The notes below the pieces were generated by a model. That model did no database searches. It was not told the origin of the DNA and saw nothing but the letters and a program-made list of their open reading frames with translations. From Phoronis australis (lineage: Eukaryota > Animalia > Phoronida), in NCBI GenBank assembly GCA_002633005.1, contig NMRA01000122.1, forward strand, positions 1 through 60,371: 60,371 nucleotides of DNA, in the 5' to 3' direction. The position numbers were made by a program, and so were the translations under genes. Shown one piece after another: positions 36,601-51,600 of this stretch. How positions within the stretch are numbered: the first letter of the stretch is position 1; each line of letters opens with the position of its first letter.

Positions 36601-39600
36601 ATCTATAGAAACTGAAACAACTTACATCAAGGGTAGACTTCGGCACGACTTCGGTGTTCTGCGATAAACAACGCTAACGTGAGTTCAAGAAATTTTCTTG
36701 CATATATAGAAATCTATCGTGTCTACGGCACGCATGTGTGATTTACTTCATGGACATTGTAGATTGATATGATGGCGTTTTGACAGTCTTTTCTAAGTGA
36801 CGAAATTTGACCCATTCGCCACATCCCAAATGTTTTTTATTCACCGCAGTTTTCTATCACCATTTCGACGAGTATTCTGGGAAACCCTTAAGATTATTCT
36901 ACTATCAAAGATAACACGTTTTTGACTGATGTCAATTAATGTAAAAACATAAGACATGTGAAGAAAAAAACAGTTACGTTAGCTCAAGTCCTTTGACACC
37001 CAAATTGCGAAACATTGCAAATAGCTTTACAGTTGACCTTCCACATCAAGCTTTTAAATTCAGATCTGATCTCAAGTCTGGCATGTTTCACTTCCTGAAT
37101 TCATAGGTTGTCAAATGCGAACGAAGACTATGCATTGAACTGTGTAAATCATAATGTAAACCAGCACAAATCAAAGACATCGCCAGTTTGTATTACACTA
37201 AATAGACCTTAAGGTGGAGTTGGAGTTTATGTTCCGAGTTTACAAATATCGGTTTAGTGTTGATTCAAACAGCCATCGACAAGTTCCATAAAAGGTTATG
37301 AATTTGAACTTGAAGTAGGGCCAATGCCATTGTGTCTGCAGAAGATTGCATGACAGTACTCACCTTAAACACATTAAGAGAAGAACGCTTATATTGATGG
37401 CTACAAGAACTGTGGCCAGAGCTGCATTTGGAATGGTGGTGACTGCGAAAAAAAGAGAACAATTGTCATTATATCTAATATAGTACTAAATAATAAATGC
37501 AATAAAACACTACTTCTAGCGCGCTGTAACCGCAATGCCCTTCCTGAAATTTCCATCGTCTCGTACTCACACGACCAAGAGAGCTCGTGTTCTTTATTTG
37601 TATTTTACATTAGATAATAAATGCTCATATTATACCATATTCTATTTTCACATTACCCTCCTCGACCTATTACGTCTATCCGATAGAAATGGGATAGAAA
37701 GAGTGATTGTGTGTGAACTGGGTGCATCAGAGTCCGAGGGAACCGCGGCCAACGCTAAAACGGATAGTCACAACCTCCTGAACCTTTAGTCTGATGAACC
37801 TAAAACCCAAAGACATTCTGGAGCCTATATTATGTTGCCAACTTGACCGATTAAAACATTACTCTGTCGCCGTTCTTACGCTTGCAGTCGACGTCATGGA
37901 AACCACACAAGGGTCTGTCTGCAGGAAGACTTCCGCCAAGAATCCATTTTGGCTTTATGCCATCAACAAATTCCTGAAACAATCACATGACAGATGTCCG
38001 ACTTGCTTCCACTAACGTGGTCAAATAATGCATTACTACATAACACCTTTCAGTTTGCGCTTGTGATAAAAGTTGCAATAAATGAGCGGTTTCTGTCAAA
38101 ACGACACAAAATCGTTACGAAGTTCGGTCTCGTCTTGTTCCTTGCTTAGACAGGAAATGATTGCTGGACGTTACACGAACTAACAGATAACTATTGAGTC
38201 AAACAACGTGGGTTATATTCTTCCACCCAAGCAGTAAAACCGTCAAGCGTTTTGTAGCGACCTAGTGTAGGATATGAACACCGCACAGCTTTGGAAGACC
38301 ATAGTCATGCTCTTACGAAGAAAATCGACTTTGAAACCAGAAGATGATTTACAACGGCTTATAAGTCACCATTTTGAAGATGTCGAATGTCTAATGTATC
38401 GCACGACACAAGTCAAATTGAATAAACGGTGGATAACAGTAACAATACGTTATCGTGTATCACGCTGCGCATTGGCGGATATATACGGTGTTGCCAGAGT
38501 GGGAAATGTTCGCGTAGATCCCAAAAATGGCATATCGACTTCGTTTTTTGTCGTGTCCGGAGGGTGACCCTTCCGTAAATGTGCCAATGTTACTATTGTC
38601 TAAAGCTACTTTCGACGCCAAATTTATCCATTGAACAACTTAATTATAGAAATATGCAAACCTGAACGGTTGACAGGAACATTGTTTGTCGTAAACATAA
38701 ATTACACATAATTTGATGAGGATGCAAAAAAAGCAATTTTGCTGTCCGGATGAAACTTTCTGCTTTAAGTAGTTGTCATTACTGGTTTCGCAGTTCCAGG
38801 AACTAATAAAGCTTAAAATCGTAGTATGGGTGAGCATGCTTTGTAATACAAGTGCTTATTAATAGGATTAAATTGTGTAATGCCAATGTAAAACTGTCAA
38901 ATAACGGAAGAAAAGCTGATCCACCGTTGCAAGCACTGATCCTTCAGACAAATTACAAATTTCAATGAATAATACCTTTTTATTCATAGACATTTCAGCC
39001 ACCTTCTGGAAATTGCCCTCTCCATCCAGAGAGTAGAATGTGGCAGTTTCAAGGAGGCGGTCGCCATCCTTGTCAAAAGCGATTTTGCCAGACATTCCTG
39101 ATAAATGAAAAGTATTTCAGAGAGACAATATTTCTGCTGTATTGACAAGGTCTACACTGTCGCCTCTTAAGCAATTCGTCACAAGCAAACCAATAGCATG
39201 GGCCCTTACCCTGTGGCGCACGACACTCATCCTTACCATATGACGCACGACAATCATTAGGGCGCGAAGCACCAAAAACTGTCACTGCTCCACTAAACAT
39301 TCACCACGCACCGCAAGGACACTTACCACGCACACAAAACCTTTACTACGAAACCTGATCTACAACAGCGTTCACGCACACTGAGGACGTCGCACATAAT
39401 GGTTCCGCTTTAATGGTTCGATTATCATTTACCAAACAACAAACATTGCTCTACTTGTAGTATTTAGTGGAGAGTGACAAAGGCTCTCTAGGCGATAAAA
39501 TCACCCGAACTGTCCGAAGTTTCGGGTAATTCAAATTCCGCCTTATTTTTGAAAAGCATCAGTTAAAGGCCACACCAAAACACAACATCTGCGATAAATA

Positions 39601-42600
39601 AAAAGACCATGACTTTGGAAACAATGTAGGGGGCTACTGTTGTTTTTCAAATGCATAGTGGAACGGTTATCGGCGCGTAAACATCCGCTGACATCCCACA
39701 TAACTTGGTGAGTGAACGACTGTCGGAAAAGCACTGTCTCTTGAACGCACAACAAAGAAGCAACAGCCATTATACATGCTTTTGGTGTCAGAACGACACA
39801 AAATAAAAGAGTGAAAGTGTGCCTCAAAATTAAGCTCATTCCAAAAAATAGTCGTAAATTTCCATCATATTAATTAATGTGTTTGCAGCCAATTTCGTTG
39901 CACGAGCTTTATAACATCTTGCGGAAATTTACGAGTGTACTCCACTAAATGAGCGTGCTCAAAATCCTTCGATTAGCAAAACCTTTTCATGAAAGATCCT
40001 CCAGGCACGCAGCCTGTCATCAGAAAACGCTGAAATTATATCGCACCAATGACCCGTAAAGCGCAAATCACATGTCCCGATGACGTCACCGCGAATGATT
40101 ATGAGCCTAAAACGCCGCAGAATGCATTTGACGATCACGAACACTGCTTCATTAAATTCTGTCAAGCCGAATTGATTTTCCGCCTACCAAGAGACTCCAT
40201 TTTGCAAAATAACTTTTAGAAGACACCACCTGGAGCACTGTGATTGGTCTCATAACTCTCTGGTTAATCAAATTCTGAATTACGCCATTTGTTTCAACCA
40301 CTAAAAGTGGTTCCGGTACCCTCTGACACTGCGTGATCTCGCTTTTTCGAGAGTGTGTCGCGTCTATGGACCCTATCCCAACGTTGAAATACAAAAAAAG
40401 CTTCTATGATTCTTTTCATCATGATAGTGATCGGATCACAAATAACAAAGTGAGAACTAAAATTTCCAGCTCAAGACAATGCAAGCGTCAGACTAACCGT
40501 AATATTTGAGTGTTTTCATTAACCTGAACATCTCTCTGCCGTCCATTAGGTCTCTGTTGAAGTTGCGAGCTTTTCTTACGGCCATCAGGTACATATACAC
40601 AGCATCGTGTAGGAATACAGCATAGCTAGCGGTCTACAATGTATACAATCATCAGCTATCACCGAGGTCAATATGTTGATTTTCAGACTCGAAAAATTTG
40701 GTAATGTAGAGGCGGACATGAAATAATACCCCACGAGGCATTATTCCGCGTATCAAGCGTGACCGAAGGTCAAGGTCGATACAAGGAATGACGTCGAGTG
40801 GGATATTATTTCATGTACGCCACTCGAGATACGTGTTTGAACTTGAGCAAAAGTTATGAAACCGAACAAAATTTTGAGTCTTTATAACGGTAATTGACTT
40901 ACCAGATTAATTTTAGGGGGACCAAATTGAGCGTTTGTCTTGGCAATAACTGTCTTCTCAAAGTAAGCGAGATCCTTGTGTTTGAAATAGGCCCAATCAA
41001 TCTATGGAAATGTTAATCGCATTTTCAGAAAAGTAAATATCACTTTTGATTAACTAATTCAAAGAGATCAAATTTTCTATGATATTTCTCATGTACGTCT
41101 GCTGTTTTCATCCTCGTCTTTACCTCTATAATCGCTTACTTTACTGGGTGTTACTGCAGACGCAATCATTCATATTGCCTGTGTATATTAGGTATTGTTC
41201 CTGTTGTACTCATTTTCAAGTACCCCCCAGATTGTGAACTTGTCACGTGGTACTGACATTTAAAAGCGTTTTACCCGCCAGTTCCATTCATTCGTATTTC
41301 GTATCTGTGTGCAGTGTATGCATCTCATTGGTTTCGTCGTCGAGATTGCAGGGTTTTCATGATGTAAGTAGTGTTCTTTTGCTTATCGTTATATTCTGGT
41401 TTGTGCAATGCATTTTCTCGTGTCCCGTGTAGTTTCAGTATTTTCGCTTTATTTACTTTGCCGTATTTCGTCCATCGTGGTTCGTGTCGAGGGTTTGGGC
41501 GTTGGTCACTGCGACCTTGAGATTGCAATTCACAAACCAGTCTGTTTCTAGCTCATATTATTGTAAAGTTTAGCGTGACTTCATATCTAGTTTGCGTCAC
41601 GGTCTCACGGCAGAATTGTGTATGAATTAGGTTCGTTTTTGTATATAGTATTTTCATATAAGATTCAGTTTATCTGATGTAGCCATTTCGTTACTTGTAC
41701 ATTTTCTTCGTTGATGTAAATAACGGTTTTGTATATATTGTCACTGCCTGTGCTTGTATTATATTTCGTAGTAGTGACTCAGGGTTTTGTTTATTTCAGT
41801 TTACGGGTTTGTCTATGTACTGACGGCACACGAATAAAAGAATTATGCTGTACGTAGAATCACCTGTGTTTCTCTCGATTGTTCGCTGACACTGCGCCAG
41901 AACACTGGGCCAATATTAATTAAGCGATATGTTAATGTTTTCTGAGGAAAAGCCAAAAAAGAATAATTAAAATATGCCCTGTTGTAGTTGGCATGCTGGT
42001 GAGACTCTTATGTGGGAAGCATTTTCATGGAACTTAGTGCGATGTTTTTATCTCACATATATCACAGATCCGTATGCTTGCTTCGCTACACTGTCATCTG
42101 CGTCGCCTCGTTGCCATGGTTTAGTGAGATGCAAGCGATAGTGATTGGCCAGTAAGAACACAAACTTGTCACTTCGCGAAAACTTGCGATACGCTCGAAT
42201 AAGAATTTGGCGCTCGTTGTCAGCGGAACCGCACAGAGCTATCACTAAATACAAAATAGGATAATTTTGTGAGTACATAGTCAGAGGCGTTTGCCTTCAA
42301 GTAACGTGATTATTCCACCAAAGACGTAGGAAGCATTTGATGGTTGAGGTGGCGGGGAGATCCTGTTCAATTTTCAATTTTACTTTAAAACACAGTTTGC
42401 GTGTCGAAACTTTAATTAATACTTATAAAAACCCGGAATATTTGGGGGGCGGATACCTATCTTCGCCCCCCCAACATTTTGGTTGAGGGGAGCTCGCCCG
42501 CCTCCCCCCACCCCCAACTATGTCCACGGTCCAGTCAATTATTGCACATCATTTCAAAAACATGAGCAAAAGGAATAGCATATTATATACCGTATGTATT

Positions 42601-45600
42601 TGAATCTTTACAGACTATAGACTTCACCGGATGTTCCTTATGCTCTGAACATGGACGTTGTAAACCAGACAGTTTAACTTCGACAATTTTAGTTCAAATA
42701 AAAAAGAAAGATAACTTGTGACACACTGGGTTTTGATTTTTTCAACAATCGCGTCTACCATGACAAAACGCCTACCAACCCTCCTTCAAGCGCGCAATCG
42801 GCTTCATGCAAGCCAAAGATACAGTCGAATACCTGACTATATTGACTTCCTTATTTGGAAAGTCATGTCAGCTGCCAAGCCTGATAGGTGTGGTTACCTT
42901 CTCATTTAAAAAACCTGTAGAAAATAAATAAAACATTGCTTGATTGTTTGATATTTTGCTATTATTTTGTATATAATGAATTATTTTAAGTATCCTATAA
43001 ATATTCCTATAAACAATACAATACGAGGACAATAGTACAGTTTGTAGGTTTTTATCAGTCCTGTGCAGTATACACGGTGAGTGAGCTTTCAAAGGCGTTG
43101 TCGTTACTAAGCTGACATCAACGAGGAATTATAAGTAATAGATCATAGTGATCAGGGGACCAATCTGTGCCTTTGTTGGAGAGCCAACTCTTTATTGCCC
43201 ATCTACTCGACTTCACTTTTAAAACCAATCAGGAACCATAATAGATCAGAGGTGTCCAGTCCCTAGGTACTGGCCTACGCGCGTGCAGGACTCACGACAG
43301 GGTGAGGCCACACACAAGTCCACGTTTTCGATTTGAGATTGCACAGTGCGTTTGCACTCGCGTGGTGGAGAACTGGGACCCGACTGCAAAATCCAGATTT
43401 CTCTTAAGATAGCAGCAATTCTCAATTATAATGGAAGTATTTCTAAGAGGCATGGAAAGCGAAAACTCGTAAAAATACCTTGAAATATGTCTTGGTGAAT
43501 CTATTTCTTGGGGATGTTACCGTGAGAGTTATTCACTTTGAATATTGCAAGATCTAGAAAAAGCACCAGATTCACTGTTTTTGAAACACAGACAAAACAT
43601 AAACTTATTCATCTCAGTAGAGGTTTCAAATTATCGCCCCGCATGCGCTCAAAGTAGTCGAACTGGCTGCTGCTTGAATTCACGCTCATTCTATACAGTA
43701 TTTGTCATTTTCCACATGACATTATAATGTATCTAAGTATATTCAAATGTAACTCTTCACCCATCCAGGAAACGGTTGTACCAACAACAGAGGAATGCGA
43801 GAGAAGGTGCTTCGTCGGCGGTGCATAGACACTTGCGTGTGAATGGTCACGAACTCGAAAATGCCGGTGTTGAAATTTTAAGTAGGGACAACAACTGGTT
43901 CAAAAGACGCGTTCAGGAAGCCATTTTTAAATGCGCGTACCCGGGGGGGGGCTAGAACGAAGTGAACAAAAAGGTCCGCCTCAGAGAAACAAAAAGTCCG
44001 AGAAAACGAGACAAAAGGTCCACTAAAAAGGCGCAAACACACAATTCAGAGCTCTGGACGTGGTACCCCGTTTTTTTAGTCCTTCGGCTTTTTTGTCGGT
44101 AAAGAGTCCACGTCGTGAGAAATTCGAGCCCCCATATTAAAGGCTGGGTGCGCGCATGTTTTATATTGTTTTTAATCCATCACTTAACTGACACGGAGGT
44201 GGCAGGTTCGCCTTGTCCACCGCTTTGAATGGTGTTGTGGGTTTTATCTCGCGAGAACACAACGGAAAGCTCCACCTGTCCCGCCAGACCAACCAGACAT
44301 TCTTCTAGCAGGGAACGGGGCGCTACAGAGAGCTTAAGAGAGTTTAGTAAGTGCGATACAGTTCAACTGAAGAGGATTATTTTGTCTGACTATAAATATT
44401 ACTTATGTACAGTAGATGTACATGTACGCGATGACGACACACGGAAATGTACATACTTCGTATCGAATTAGCATGCTTGGATTCACCATTGCGTTGTTTC
44501 ATCAAAGGTCAAAGGTCGCATTTTCCACATTAGGGAAATGTTTTGTCTTGCCATGCCATATGAGAGAAAACCGAGGAAGTGACGTGTAGTTGACAGGTCG
44601 TTTTTTTCAAATTTGAAACTAAAGAAAAAAATTTTGACATCAGCAGAAATCATTCAGAATCTTAACAAACAAACCATAAAAATATTTGATGATTTCTGTT
44701 TGAGTGGCAAAGGAGCACTTTGAATAATCTTATTCGATTTAATCTGTTAGAAACGTTCTATGGCAATGCCACTTTACCTGCAGTAATTTGAATTTTTTTT
44801 GTTGTGTCGGGGGTCAATTGACCCTGAGGTGGACTTTGCGTGAAAATATGGATGGCCTTACAAATTATAATAACATTACAGCATTTTTAAAAGCGCTTCA
44901 AAATCCAGCACATATGGCTCTCCGGAAGAAAAATGAGCTTGTCGTAATGTAATGCTGAATATTTTGATAATCTAGTCGAAAATATAGATTTGAGCGGATT
45001 GCTCTAAGACCCCTCAACCCCCACACCCCCTGACCCCCCTCGATCCTCGGCCCACAACCCCCTCGACCCAGTCTACACAAGTTCGACTCGATCTGAACAT
45101 AGAACAATCGTTGACTTGCAGAACAAACGAGTCTGACCGTGAGCTGGGCTGTTTTTTCCTTGTTTTTTTTGAAATTAGGACAGTAGATTCGGAAAGTTTG
45201 AAAGCCAAAAATAAAAAAAAACAATGCAACCAAATCAAATCAACGACATACCAACGTTACGAATGTCGGTCCCCGCTGAGTGTAATCGTCTTCTCTGCTC
45301 TTCAGTGAATGGCAGATTCACGCCCCTTTCGGGAGAATGTGAGGAACCGACGAATATGAAATTTCTACAGAAAATACATTTTGAAAGAACAAAACTGTTA
45401 TCTAAAGCATCCCCACGTTACATGCCACAGTAGATTTGCGTGTAGGCGAGTCCTATGAGAAAGTCATTTAGCGACGTACATGTAATATGAAATGTGTAAA
45501 TCGCGCTAACAAACATCTATTGCCACAGATCGTGGGTGGGGTGTGTGTGGGTTGTGGGTCGAAGGGGAGGTGGGTCGAGGGGGTCGTGGGAGTCGATTTG

Positions 45601-48600
45601 AACAGCTCTTACTCTCCCGTCCATCTGTATGGAAAAGCACGTGAATTGATTTGTTTACTCTCAGTACACGTTCAAGACGGAGGACGAAAAAACGAATGCT
45701 GGTACCATAGCATAGACTAGACGGCTCCGATCTATTCAATCATGATTGGTCATAGAATTGACTTCAAGTAACCTAGCAATGAAGGCCAGCTGTTCTAACA
45801 AGGGCCCTGGTTGTTATACTTTTCACAATATCGTTTTTACTGTTTGCTGAGTAAGGACAGCACATTTAATTCCCCAAGTTTCGTAATAAATTTCCCATCC
45901 CTGAAGCGCCAGCAATCCTAAAAGTCATTTCACGTGACCTTCCAAATGAGAAGCGCTCCGATTGGCGAAATTAACCAAAAAACCACGTTAGAATTGACCA
46001 GAAAAGACGACGACAGAGACGATGACGAAGATGACAGCTATGACGACGATGGTGGCGATGATGGACAAGTTATGATATCATTCATATGACGAACGTAGAG
46101 GTCAGAAATCACTAAGAAATAGGATACAGTCTTGAGCGACACTTGGCGAAATTAACTGAAGAAAAGACGACGTCGGAGATGATGACGAAGATGAAAAATA
46201 TGATGATGGTGGTGGGGATGATGAACAACATCATAACATTCATATGACGAACTTAGATGTCATAAATCAATAAGAAATAGGCTACAGTCTAGTTCAATAG
46301 AAGCTAAACCAACATCAATGCAGCAAGAGCGCTCAACAAAGGAACAGCGTTATCAGAAAATCTCAAATAACTCAAAAAGTAGACGTGCTAGTAAAAAATG
46401 AAAAACATCTTCTGAAAGCCCGTTCAAAACTCTATTTAAATTGATAGTATCATATAATTCCGTAAATTTTTGTAAAAAATGAAATTTTGAGTTTTTTAAG
46501 AAATTCAAAGTCAAATAACTTGAAAACCATAAGTCTGAGAAAAAAATTGTTAAGTTCATTTGAAAGAATATACCTTAGAGAATACACATGCAAAAATTCA
46601 CGTCATTTCCTCCTCTCGTTTAAATGGCACCTCAGAGCGACTGAAAATGGGTCAACATGCGGCAGATCCGCCATCTTGAAAGCAACTTCCGGTTTTCTGG
46701 CTTTGTATAATAGCATGTTTTAAAAAAATAATTTCTGAAAAAATTCAAAATTAGTCTTACAATGCGCATTCTACAGGAGAAAACATTTTTCCCGAAATCG
46801 AGGTGCGCATGCGCGAGTGCCAATATTTCCGCCATCTTTGAACGGAAGTGTACATTTTCCGGAATACGTCTAGTGCACCTCCGGTCCATTAATTGTGCCG
46901 ATTTTCAGCTCTGTACGCAAAATATTGTAGCCTTCAGAAGCCTTTGAATCTTAAAATGAAAACAAAATGGCCGCCACAGTCGCCATCTTGGATCCGATTA
47001 TGATGAAAAACAATAGGCTTCCAGTACTTCCGGAACTACGTATTATGTGATTGGACGAAAATTGCGACCAGTAAGGTGACTATTTTCGGCTTGCACAAAG
47101 CCAACTGCACGCTGATTGTAAGGTTTTCGTGGACACATATATTGACTGCTTGCTCTCTGTTGACCTAATTGAAGGAAGTGAACTACTTTACGCGCAGGTT
47201 TTAGTCCGATATAGATAAGACTATATTTTCAGGATATAGGTAACATATATGCTTGTGTAACTTACCCCTTGCATTGTCACTCAAGCGTTGGAGGTAGGAA
47301 TCTATTTTCTCTCCTGTCAATCTATCGCCGCTAGGGTAGCTGATCAATTTCGACAGCTTCACACTATCTTCACCAACAGGCACCTCAAAAGCGTGCCGTA
47401 AAGCGTCTTTCAAGTGTTCACATCCGGGGTATTCTTTATGTCCTATTGAAGCCCATAAGAATGAAGTGAAATATCCTATCAATAAAATCAGGAGTAAAAG
47501 AGATAGAACGAAGACAAGAAAGGCTAAGAGGAAAAGATGGATTGCCGGGGCGGGGCGGGGCGGGGGTGATGAAAGGATGCAAAGATGACGGACGGAGCTG
47601 GGAGATGGAGAAAACAGGGAAGGAAAGGTCGAGTGAGAGGAACGAATGTAGCGCGTGGGCGCCCGTGCCTATGAGATGACACTGCTACATACGATAACTC
47701 TTCAATACGTCTCGTGCAACTTTGAGCTGAAAGGGACATCACCGGTTTTAGGTTAGGAAAACACAATTTTTGATGATTGTTGGGTGTGATATACTCCTAT
47801 ATGTTAGTTTTAACCAGAGGTGTAAAACAAAAAATCTGTTCTGTTTCTAAAGTTTCTGAAATCAAGGTCAGTTACTTAACCGTGTACTCTTGCAATACCC
47901 TGACGTTTATCGAATGGGATTTAGCTCTGCCAGCAGAGCACTTAGTGACTACGATTGCAGGTGTGCAGGTTCTATTTCGCGCTGGTGGATATCTCAGAAA
48001 ATTTCTTATATCGCCAGTAATGTCCCTTTAGTAGCCGATATTTTATCTCGATTATGAGTGACAAAGTTTTACTATTATTCCTATTGCTGCTGTTTCAGTG
48101 ATGATGTTTCAAGTTAAAACGAAATGTTAGAACATTTGTTTTGTTGTTCTGACACCTATTAATGTCAAAAGCGCATATTATTTGCTTGATTTCCATAGCT
48201 TACCACTGTCCTCCATAAGGGCACCCAATATTGTCCACCCCATGCTGCGAAAAAACACCGACAACATGTCAATGACTCCATGCAAGGGCGTGTATGTTCG
48301 TATCAAAGTGGGGAACGCACTCTTGTTTCCGGCAGCGAGCGCCTCTGCTCCCCAGGAGATGTGAAGCACATTTCTGAACGCAGTGACGTAACCAATTGCT
48401 TCACTGACTGCAAGCAGAAACTGGCGTGACAATTACTTGACGGACTGGATTGCATAAAACATTTAAAACTTGTCCTCTGGATTAGTTTAAATGTCGTCAA
48501 ATACATTATGCTGTAGGACACCATTGTAGTTATCCAACGTATACCTTTTATGCAACGGCCCCTGATGAATTGCTTGGCTCTGGCCGCATATGGTCGACGT

Positions 48601-51600
48601 TTCTCCAAAGCAAGTTTTGGAAATACACGAGGGCTCATGGTCTATTCTCTGAACTCGAAACTCGACTCGAAAAATTGACCAATTACTGGACGAGCTTCGA
48701 GTGAACTTACACATCTGTACTCGAATCATGTTACGCGATTGGATAGTTTCGAGTTTAAGTGAGAGTCCTGAGATTAGATCCTGTGGGCAGGTGATTGTGA
48801 ATTTTCTGAGTGTGCCCTCAATCTGTGAATCCCATCCCTTACCACAATCGTCATTTCCCCTCTCTAATATTTTAACTCTCCCATTTAACACTACACATTT
48901 TATATCGGGTTAGTTTCTATTTTCAGTTTGAATATTTTGATAGACGCTGATGCTTATTGTTAACGTGAGTGTTATCGTGTCCTATTTTGGTCAGTCCAAG
49001 TCAACTGAAATCAGAACTGGAGGAATGGCATACCAACTCTGGCACGTAAACCATGCATTCTAGTGTTTGAGCTTGCAATCCCGAGATTTCATGGGAGTGA
49101 CCGCGAATTTGTATTGTTTATTTCCGGTTGCCTGCTCGACTGAGTTTTAATTTTATTATCAAATAAAGCTTACTTTCATTGCGTTGTTTTCATTTTGTTC
49201 AAAATTAAGACAACCAAGACATGAAGTGAGACTCTTGAGTTAACCTAATGATTTATCGCAAAATTAATCAAAACACTGCCAATTACATTGGTCATTCTTT
49301 CGCTTACCGACCCATGACTCTGGCTGGATGCCGGGGGTAGTCTGGCCTATGTTATCTTTTCAGCTCTGGTTTTAGAAAACGTTAGGTCTACAAAACAAAC
49401 TGTCAGATTTTGGGTTGTGCTGCTCCCTCATGACTCTCTGGTTTCATCGTCGACCTCACTTTTAAATTTTTATTCGATTTCACCAAGTGTTGCTGCTCAT
49501 AACGCTATCACTTATCTATCAAAAACACTTATCTGCTAACCTCACATAGGCTGTCGGAGTAAGTACTTTATCACGTTTGTAGTAAATGTTATTGTAACCT
49601 GTAATAACCAATAATTTTGAATGAATGCCTGACGGGCTTATACAGGACACCATAACTGGGAATCCAAATTTTCGAAAAATATATGACCGAACACGTCTCG
49701 TTTCCTCCAGCACTGGCGGTCCGCCGGTAGCGCTGCGGCCGAGACACCGTAGAGCGGTGTGTGAAGCTTCGAATGATCTCGCCATAGTTACAGAAAATTC
49801 ATTTTCTAAATGACTTAGCCAAATCCGATTTGAAAGCAATACGGAATCAATAAGTTCATGTTTAAAATACGTAGCTGTTGGTCAGATGGCCCCCAGGGCA
49901 TCAAATGTGTGAGCCTATAATTGACGTTAATATTTTTGTCCTCCTGATTCGATTTGAGGATGTGCTATTTTAACGTGTATATTTCGTCAGCTACCTATGT
50001 TACGCGAGGATGACTATTGATTGACATGGCTAACCGAAAGTCACAAAACATCAAAGAATCTCTATAGTTGAGGTCTGGACGCTTTCATGAACTCTGGGCA
50101 TGATCGCGGTGTCAACATTACTGTTTAGGTCACTGACATTAGTTTTGATCGGCTGCTCTGCATTGTTCTTGTGAGGTTTAAAAGAAAAGCGAGACATTTA
50201 CGGTTTCAAAAAACTTTGGCGACGTTGTCATTCGTAAACAGTTAACTGGCTGATCTGTAAAGTACATACCTGCCGAAACCGGGGAACCAATGATGACACT
50301 GACACCTTCTTCAATAAGTTCATAGGCACTCGATATTCCGTATTTTGGAGAGAAATGGTCGTCCCGGAATTTAAACCTAACGAAAAGTAAACTAAATTAA
50401 CACATAGATGTGTATTATGGCGCATTTTTAAAGCTACTGCATGATGTACGTAAGTTTTTGCCGGATTAAATTGAAAAAAATGTGAAACACACTATTGCAA
50501 GTGGTCGGTTGCCTAAAATTAATTGCATCGGACTTACGCAGGCCTTATAAGTCGGGCCCAAAACACCTGAATTGAAACCCTGCTATGTAATGTTCCTACA
50601 TACAATCGTACATATTTATGTACCTACTTCCCCTTGTCATGAAAAACAACCCTAGTCGTGAAAGATTACGACCAGTGGCCAAATGTAATATGTTGTTTAC
50701 CCAAGAAATAGTAGACACTACCATCATTCACTGAGTTTGTAATCCAATTGACCAGTAACAAAAAACCTGTGTTGAATGAGCAGCTCACAGGTGTGTACCG
50801 CCCGCTGGCTCTGTTTTGATAGGCTTGTGGGCTTCCTACCGCGTAGAACGTGTGTTTCACTGTTTATTTCGCTTCGAAAACGCTCATTTCACTTATTGCC
50901 TGTTGATGGCACATGCAGTCTCGAAATATAGCTAGAGTTTTAATGTGTATGTTTGTCATTTCTCTCGCCCTTTTGCTTCACAGTTGCACACCTGAAGAAA
51001 GGAAATTGTTTCATCACTACGAGCTACATGTATCAAGCTGTCAAACAAAAAGTTTGGTCGTGTTTTCAACGAAGTTTGTGTTAACGAAGGCTGCTACCTA
51101 ACTACACACGCATACATACATACGTACATACATACATACATACATACATACATACATACATACATACATAATATATAGATATAGATATACATGTACACAT
51201 ATACGTGTACGTATAACATTATGTATATGTATGTGTAGTTATACTCGCCGGATTATTTGTGTAGATGAATATATGTGCAGATTAATATTTAGAATACAGC
51301 TTTGTACCAAGGCTAATATTTGATGAGCAATTCGAGAGTAATATGTGTGTCATACTTCTAAACTTTCAATGTATGGGCTTCCAACCTCTGTTTAAAGGCG
51401 AAAGCAACCTTTTTTCATGTCACTTTTAGCAAAAATAAGGTCTTTTGATTATCCCAGACATATTTTCCACTTAATTACAGCTTTTCGTAATTTAATTAAT
51501 TTCTCGTCCTCTACTCCGGAAGTGACGTTTTGGGAGGCAAGAATTTCGCGCCAATTTCTTTTCATACAGTCAGACTGTGAGAGCTGTCAAGTCAGTCATT

